A stretch of DNA of 64,000 bases from Longimicrobiales bacterium (GTDB lineage: Bacteria; Gemmatimonadota; Gemmatimonadetes; Longimicrobiales; Gaopeijiaceae), in NCBI GenBank assembly GCA_041690395.1, contig JAWLHJ010000002.1:596751-660750 (forward strand), read 5' to 3'. A program made the translations under genes and the position numbers. Positions within the stretch are counted from its first letter, which is position 1. Every line of letters begins with the position of its first letter. Below the pieces are notes generated by a model that did no database searches, was not told where the DNA came from, and saw only the letters and a list, made by a program, of their open reading frames with translations. This document shows, one piece after another, positions 58,577-64,000 of this stretch.

Positions 58577-61303
58577 ATGGCGCGGGCGGTCGCGGAGCTG
58601 GTGGTCCGCGTCGCCGCCCTTCTGGCACCGGCGCCGGACCGCGACCGGATGCGGCGGGAGTGGCAGGCGGAGCTGGCGGAGGCGTTCGCGGACGCCGGTG
58701 GCTGGCGGGTGGTGGTGGCGTCGTTGGGTGCGTTCGCGGACGCGGGCGCGCTGAGGACCATACGGGAACGGGAGGGGGGGGCGATGGGAGATTGGATGAG
58801 GGCGTGGCTGACGGACACGCGGTTGGCGGCCCGGCGCTTCAGACGGGCGCCGGGGTTCACGGTGGTGGCGGTGGCGACCCTCGCCATCGGGCTGGGCGGG
58901 TCGGCGGCGATCTGGGCGCTCGTCGATCACGCGGTCCTCGACCCGCTCCCCTACCCCGAGTCCGAACGGCTCGTGCACCTGGAGAACCGGGTCCCGGGGG
59001 TCGGTCCCGACGAGCGCTGGAGCCTGTCCACGGCGCAGTGGCTCTTCTTCTCCGAGCGGTCCCGGACCCTGGAGGACGTGGGACTCTACCGCGAGACGGG
59101 CACCAACGTGATGGCGGCCACCGGGCCGGTCCGGGCGCGCATGGTCATGGTGACGCACAGCATGGTCGACCTCCTCGGGGCCCGGGCGCTGCACGGGCGG
59201 GTGCTCCAGCCGGCGGACGATGCGCCGGGAGCGCCGGCCCGGGTCATGGTGTCGCACGAGTTCTGGACACGGGCGCTCGGGAGCGACCCGGGGGTCGTGA
59301 GCACGTCGCTCTCCCTCAACGGCGAGACGGCGGAGGTCATCGGCGTGCTCGAGCCCGGCCTCACGCTCCCGGGGCAGCCCGTATCCCTCTCACCCGAGGT
59401 GTGGCTCCCCCTCCGGATCGATCCCGGCGGATACTTCGGCAACAACCACGTCTTCCCCGGCCTCGGGCGTATGGCCCCGGGCGCCGAGCCCGACGCCGTC
59501 GACGCCGAGCTCGCGCGTCTGACGCCCGAGCTCCCGACCCGGTTTCCGGACGCCTACTCGGCTGCGTTCTTCGAGCGGTACGGCTTCGCCACCTCCGCGG
59601 TCCCGCTCAAGGAGCAGGTCCTGGGCGACCTGGACCGGAACCTCTGGATGCTCTTCGGCGGCGTGGTGATCGTCCTGCTGATCGCGGTGGCGAACGTGGC
59701 GAATCTGTTCGCCGTGCGCATCGAAGGCCGACGTACCGACGTCGCGATCCGCACCGCCCTCGGGGCGGGCCGGGGCGCCGTGGCCCGGTCGATGTTCGCC
59801 GAGGGCATGCTGCTCGCTCTGCTCAGCGGGGCCCTGGCCGTCGTGGTGGCGCGTTGGCTCGTGCCGGCCCTGGTGTCGGTCGTTCCCGAGGGGCTCCCCC
59901 GGTTGGACACCGTGGCGCTCGACGCCTCGAGCGTGCTCGTCACCTGCGCGCTCGCAGTGGTCGTGGGGCTCGCGCTCGCCTCGTTCCCCGCACTGAGCCA
60001 CCTCCGCACGCGCAACGTGCTCGGGCTGAGCGAGGCCGGGCGGCGGGGGTCCCGCGGCCTCGAGGGACGGCACTTCCGCTCGGCCATGGTCGCCGGACAG
60101 ATGACGCTGGCCTTCGCGCTCCTGGTCGGCGCCGGGCTCCTGGTCCGGAGCGTCCGGGCCCTGCACGCCACCGACGTGGGCATGGATCCCGCCGGCACCC
60201 TGGCCGTCGACGTGCATCTGCCGAGCGACCGATATCCGGACGACGTCGACCTGTGGGCGTTCCACCGGGCGGTGCTCGAGCGGGTGGCGGCGCTCCCCGG
60301 CGTGACGGCGGCGGGTATGGGCGAGGAAGTGCCCGTCTCGGGCGGCTACGGCTGCACGGTCCAGGGCTTCGAGGACACCTCGGTCTACGATCGCATGACG
60401 GAGGCCGGCATGACGACGTGCGCCGGACAGGTGCGGGTCACGCCGGGGTACTTCGAGGCGCTCGGTATCCCCATCGAGGAGGGCCGGGGGCTCGAGCCCG
60501 GCGACTTCGAAGACCCGGCCCGGGCCGCGGTGGTGGTCAGCCGCGCGTTCGCGGACCGCTTCTGGCCCGGAGAGACCGCGGTCGGCAAGGGGGTCGGGCC
60601 CTCGGGGCGCACGCGCGGGCCGTTCTTCCGCGTCGTGGGTGTCGCGGGCGACGTCCCGGCACGGGCCCGGGGTGGCGCGCCGCTCTCCGAGACGGCCATC
60701 GCGGTCTACTACCCGGTGGTCGACAACCCGGAGGTGGAGGGCAACTGGTACTGGTGGCCGGGGTCGATGACGCTCGTCGTCCACGCCGGCACGGACGACC
60801 CGACGTCGCTTCTCCCTGCGGTGCGCGACATCGTAGCCGAAGTCGATCCCGAGGTGCCGATCGCGAACGCACGGACGATGGAGGCGGTGGTGGCGGAAGC
60901 GGCGGCGACGGTCTCGTTCCTGTCGCTGCTCCTCGCGATCGCGGCCGCCGTGGCGGTGCTCCTGGCCGCCGTGGGTCTGTTCGGCGTCGTCTCCTACCTG
61001 GTCACCCAGAGGACACGGGAGATCGGCATGCGCCTGGCCATCGGGGCGCGACCGGGCGAGGTCGTGTGGATGATCGTGCGCGGGACGCTCGCGCTGGCCG
61101 CGGCGGGGCTCCTGGTCGGCGCACCCCTCGCATGGGTGGGTTCCGGGCTGATGGGGAGCATCCTCTACGGCGTGACGCCCCTCGACCCTTGGGTGTACCT
61201 CGGCGCCGCGCTCACGCTCCTGGCGGTCGCCCTGGCGGCTGCGTGGCTGCCCGCCCGTCGCGCGTCGGCGGTCGACCCGGTGCTGGCGCTCCGGTCGGAC
61301 TGA
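58577..61303 (+). CDS. ADOP-type duplicated orphan permease
   Basis: RAPGFTVVAVATLAIGLG, LDPLPY, ANVANLF, AIRTALGA, REIGMRLAIGA, VDPVLALRSD. Confidence 0.92.
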   Translation: MARAVAELVVRVAALLAPAPDRDRMRREWQAELAEAFADAGGWRVVVASLGAFADAGALRTIREREGGAMGDWMRAWLTDTRLAARRFRRAPGFTVVAVATLAIGLGGSAAIWALVDHAVLDPLPYPESERLVHLENRVPGVGPDERWSLSTAQWLFFSERSRTLEDVGLYRETGTNVMAATGPVRARMVMVTHSMVDLLGARALHGRVLQPADDAPGAPARVMVSHEFWTRALGSDPGVVSTSLSLNGETAEVIGVLEPGLTLPGQPVSLSPEVWLPLRIDPGGYFGNNHVFPGLGRMAPGAEPDAVDAELARLTPELPTRFPDAYSAAFFERYGFATSAVPLKEQVLGDLDRNLWMLFGGVVIVLLIAVANVANLFAVRIEGRRTDVAIRTALGAGRGAVARSMFAEGMLLALLSGALAVVVARWLVPALVSVVPEGLPRLDTVALDASSVLVTCALAVVVGLALASFPALSHLRTRNVLGLSEAGRRGSRGLEGRHFRSAMVAGQMTLAFALLVGAGLLVRSVRALHATDVGMDPAGTLAVDVHLPSDRYPDDVDLWAFHRAVLERVAALPGVTAAGMGEEVPVSGGYGCTVQGFEDTSVYDRMTEAGMTTCAGQVRVTPGYFEALGIPIEEGRGLEPGDFEDPARAAVVVSRAFADRFWPGETAVGKGVGPSGRTRGPFFRVVGVAGDVPARARGGAPLSETAIAVYYPVVDNPEVEGNWYWWPGSMTLVVHAGTDDPTSLLPAVRDIVAEVDPEVPIANARTMEAVVAEAAATVSFLSLLLAIAAAVAVLLAAVGLFGVVSYLVTQRTREIGMRLAIGARPGEVVWMIVRGTLALAAAGLLVGAPLAWVGSGLMGSILYGVTPLDPWVYLGAALTLLAVALAAAWLPARRASAVDPVLALRSD

Positions 61304-61396
61304 CCCGAGGCCGGGGGCCGGCCGGCTCCCGAACGACGTCGCCCCGGACCGGCGCTCGGCCGATCCGGGGCGACAGTCACGACCTGGGAACGGAGG

Positions 61397-61603
61397 TCAG
61401 TCCCAGGACTCTTCGTCCTCTTCCTCTTCCTCCCAATCGTCGTCGTCTTCGAGGTCCTCGTCGTCGTCCCAGTCGTCGTCGTCGTCGTCCCAGTCGTCGT
61501 CTTCGAGATCCTCGTCGTCCCAATCCTCTTCATCACCGTCGTCCGCCAACGCGAACACCTCATCGGTAATGCCTTCACCTTCGAACCAGCCGGAACGGCT
61601 CAT
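61397..61603 (-). CDS. Small, highly acidic protein with periodic Trp (68 aa)
   Basis: GGAGG RBS 9 nt before the ATG; 43/68 residues are Asp/Glu; upstream promoter-like sequence. Confidence 0.65.
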   Translation of the reverse strand: MSRSGWFEGEGITDEVFALADDGDEEDWDDEDLEDDDWDDDDDDWDDDEDLEDDDDWEEEEEDEESWD

Positions 61604-61676
61604 CTTGCTCAACCTCCATGGCGGACGGCGCTATTCGGAGTCGACCCGTTTCGAACTCCGCCGGGCACATGGCGCG

Positions 61677-61704
61677 AAAGTACAAGAGGCCAGGTGGATG
61701 TCAA
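61677..61704 (-). promoter_or_regulatory. Putative sigma70 promoter for the acidic protein
   Basis: TTGACA-N16-TACTTT on the minus strand. Confidence 0.5.
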
Positions 61705-61754
61705 CGCGCAGGACGATACATTCCGGAACGCGCATCGTTCTTTCGTGAGGGGTC

Positions 61755-63875
61755 ATGGCCAGAGAAGAGAATCCGCTGCTGGAGGACAACGCCCGCATCC
61801 CGTTCGACAGGATCCGGGCGGAGCACGTCGAACCAGGCGTTCGGCGGGCCCTCGAGGAGGCTCGCACCGACGTCGAACGCGTGTCGACTTCGGACGATCC
61901 GCCGACCTGGGCGAACACGATGGCGCCGCTCGATCGCGCCCTGGAGCGTCTCTCGGAGCGTATCGCGCCGCCGTCGCATCTGATGTCGGTCGCGGAGACT
62001 CCAGAGCTGCGCGCAGCGTACAACGCGGTCCTCCCCGAGATCTCCGCCTTCTGGTCGAGCCTGCCGCTGGACCCCCGCCTCTGGGCGCGCATCGCCGCCT
62101 ACGCCGCCACGGACGAGGCGAAGGCGCTGACCGGCATCCGCCGCAGGCACCTCGACAAGACCGTGGCCGAGTTCAGGCGGGCCGGCGCCGACCTCGGCGA
62201 CGACGACAAGGCGAGGCTCCGGGAGCTCCGCGTGGAGATCGCCCAGCTCGAGCAGCGCTTCGGCGAGCACCTCCTCGACGCGACCGCGGCGTACGAGCTC
62301 CTCGTCGAGGACGAGTCGCGCCTGGACGGCGTGCCCGAGGCCCCCAAGCGCCGCTTCCGGGCCAAGGCGAAGGAGCGGGACCAGGAGGGATGGCTGCTGA
62401 CCCTCGACTACCCGTCGGTTGAGCCCATCCTCAAGCACTGCCGTGACCGCGCGCTCCGCCGGGAGATCCAGACGGCGTACGCGACCCGGTGCCGCGAGGG
62501 CGAGCACGACAACCGGCCGCTCATCGCGCGTATCCTCCGGATTCGGGACGAGATCGCGGACATCCTGGGGTACGGGAGCTTTCCGGATTACGTGCTGGAA
62601 GAGCGCATGGCCCGCACCGGGGCACGGGCGATCGAGTTCGAGCGCGACCTGGTGGAGCGGACCGGCCCCTACCACGAGCGCGACGTGCGGGAGCTCGAGG
62701 ACCACGCCCGCGAGCTGGGCATCGACGACCTCGAGCCCTGGGACGTCTCCTACGTGATGGAGCAACTCCGCAAGGCCCGCTACGACATCGACGACGAAGA
62801 CCTCCGCCCCTACTTCCCCCTGCCCCGCGTACTCGCCGGACTCTTCGAGATCGTCCGTCGCACCTTCGGATTCCGGATCGAAGAGCAGCCGAACGACAAG
62901 GTGTGGCACCCCGACGTCCGCTACTTCGAGATCATCGACGAATCCGACGACATGCGGGTGGGCGCCTTCTATACGGACTGGTTCCCGAGGAAGGAGAAGC
63001 GGCAGGGCGCCTGGATGAACAACTTCGTGACGGGTGGACCCGAGAACGGGTCGTTCCGCCCCCACGTCGGCGTCATCTGCGGCAACTTCACGCCTCCTGA
63101 CGACGACGCGCCGGCGCTCCTGACCCACCGCGAGGTCCAGACCACGTTCCACGAGTTCGGGCACCTCCTGCACCACTGCACGTCCCGCGTCGAGATCCCG
63201 TCCCGCGCCGGCATCCACGTGGCGTGGGACTTCGTCGAGCTCCCGAGCCAGCTCATGGAGAACTGGACGTGGGAGCGGGAAGCCCTCGACCTCTTCGCCA
63301 GGCACCACGAGACGGGCGAGCCGCTCCCGGACGAGCTCTACGACCGCATGATCGCCGCCCGGCGCTTCATGGGCGGATGGGGCCAGATGCGTCAGCTCTC
63401 CCTCGGCACGGTGGACCTGGCGCTGCACGCCGAGATGGCCCCCCGGCTGAGAGCGGAGGCGGGCGGCACCGCGTCGGCGCCCGAGGAGGTCGACGAGGCC
63501 CAGGCGGACGAGGTCATGGCCTTCGCCGAACGCCGCTTCCGCGACTTCGTGCCGTCCGAGGCGTTCGCCCGGCTCCATGGCCTGACGTCGTTCGGGCACC
63601 TGTTCTCCGGGGGATACGCGGCCGGGTACTACAGCTATCTCTGGTCGGAGGTGCTGGACGCCGACGTGTTCACACGGTTCAAGTCCGAAGGCATCTTCAA
63701 CGCCGAGACGGGCCGGAGCTACGTGACCTCGATCCTCTCGCGGGGCGATTCCGACGACCCCGAAGCGCTCTTCCGTGCGTTCATGGGCCGGGACCCGGAC
63801 CCGGAGGCGCTCCTCGCCCGGAATCTCGGCCCACGGAACGGTAACGACCCCGAAGCCCTATTAGAGACCGTATGA
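61755..63875 (+). CDS. prlC: M3 family metallopeptidase, oligopeptidase A
   Basis: ENPLL, KRQGAWM, FHEFGHLLH zinc motif, WDFVELPSQLMENW, GYAAGYYSYLW, FMGRDP. Confidence 0.93.
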   Translation: MAREENPLLEDNARIPFDRIRAEHVEPGVRRALEEARTDVERVSTSDDPPTWANTMAPLDRALERLSERIAPPSHLMSVAETPELRAAYNAVLPEISAFWSSLPLDPRLWARIAAYAATDEAKALTGIRRRHLDKTVAEFRRAGADLGDDDKARLRELRVEIAQLEQRFGEHLLDATAAYELLVEDESRLDGVPEAPKRRFRAKAKERDQEGWLLTLDYPSVEPILKHCRDRALRREIQTAYATRCREGEHDNRPLIARILRIRDEIADILGYGSFPDYVLEERMARTGARAIEFERDLVERTGPYHERDVRELEDHARELGIDDLEPWDVSYVMEQLRKARYDIDDEDLRPYFPLPRVLAGLFEIVRRTFGFRIEEQPNDKVWHPDVRYFEIIDESDDMRVGAFYTDWFPRKEKRQGAWMNNFVTGGPENGSFRPHVGVICGNFTPPDDDAPALLTHREVQTTFHEFGHLLHHCTSRVEIPSRAGIHVAWDFVELPSQLMENWTWEREALDLFARHHETGEPLPDELYDRMIAARRFMGGWGQMRQLSLGTVDLALHAEMAPRLRAEAGGTASAPEEVDEAQADEVMAFAERRFRDFVPSEAFARLHGLTSFGHLFSGGYAAGYYSYLWSEVLDADVFTRFKSEGIFNAETGRSYVTSILSRGDSDDPEALFRAFMGRDPDPEALLARNLGPRNGNDPEALLETV

Positions 63876-64000
63876 GCATCCAGCGGAGAAGGCACATGAT
63901 GAATGCATCGAAGGTCCGAGGGCTCCTCGCGCTCCTGCTCGCCACGGGACTCGCGGCGTGCGGCGAGAAGGGGATGACGTACGGCGACGCCAACTCCGTG
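63872..64000 (+). CDS. Lipoprotein, partial (possibly DUF4837-like)
   Basis: Overlaps the prlC stop (ATGA); LAAC lipobox; YGDANS; runs off the window; start may be 63896 or 63899. Confidence 0.65.
   Translation, partial: MSIQRRRHMMNASKVRGLLALLLATGLAACGEKGMTYGDANSV

Noticed and set aside
58405..61569. 1054-aa plus-strand ORF overlapping the ADOP
   Set aside because: Arg/Gly/Pro-rich alternative frame of the real permease gene
61165..61578. Thr-rich 137-aa ORF as a thr leader or mucin-like protein
   Set aside because: Alternative frame of the acidic protein (GAC repeats read as ACG); it overlaps the ADOP end and lacks an RBS

Overview
A high-GC, gene-dense bacterial chromosomal window. The SusC/SusD pair, two PadR-ADOP permease modules, DUF5916 and DUF1028 genes suggest Gemmatimonadota or a related lineage (inference only). 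Core and metabolic genes: thrA, purE-purK, an AlaA-like aminotransferase, a class IV branched-chain aminotransferase (ilvE-like), an RhlE-like DEAD-box helicase, HU, YigZ, rhomboid, a BaiN-type flavoprotein, oligopeptidase A and tRNA-Ile(GAU). Also present: a MacAB-like ABC exporter, two luciferase-like oxidoreductases and many envelope proteins. The most notable observations are: (1) an unannotated Ile/Leu/Val-rich leader peptide with terminator and antiterminator upstream of the ilvE-like gene; (2) an arsenic operon arsR-metallophosphoesterase-arsA-acr3 with no arsC or arsD, where the phosphoesterase carries a CGC motif; (3) degenerate tandem copies of the tRNA-Ile 3' end, one split by an 85-bp insertion, next to an internally deleted Fic pseudogene; (4) a secreted tandem creatininase-fold protein with altered metal ligands; (5) an orphan RnfD/NqrB-like protein with a Cys-rich Sel1-like tail; (6) a small, extremely acidic protein with periodic Trp; (7) a DtxR/IdeR-like box. 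No CRISPR array, intact prophage or transposase was seen. All family calls come from motif recognition by eye, without database searches.
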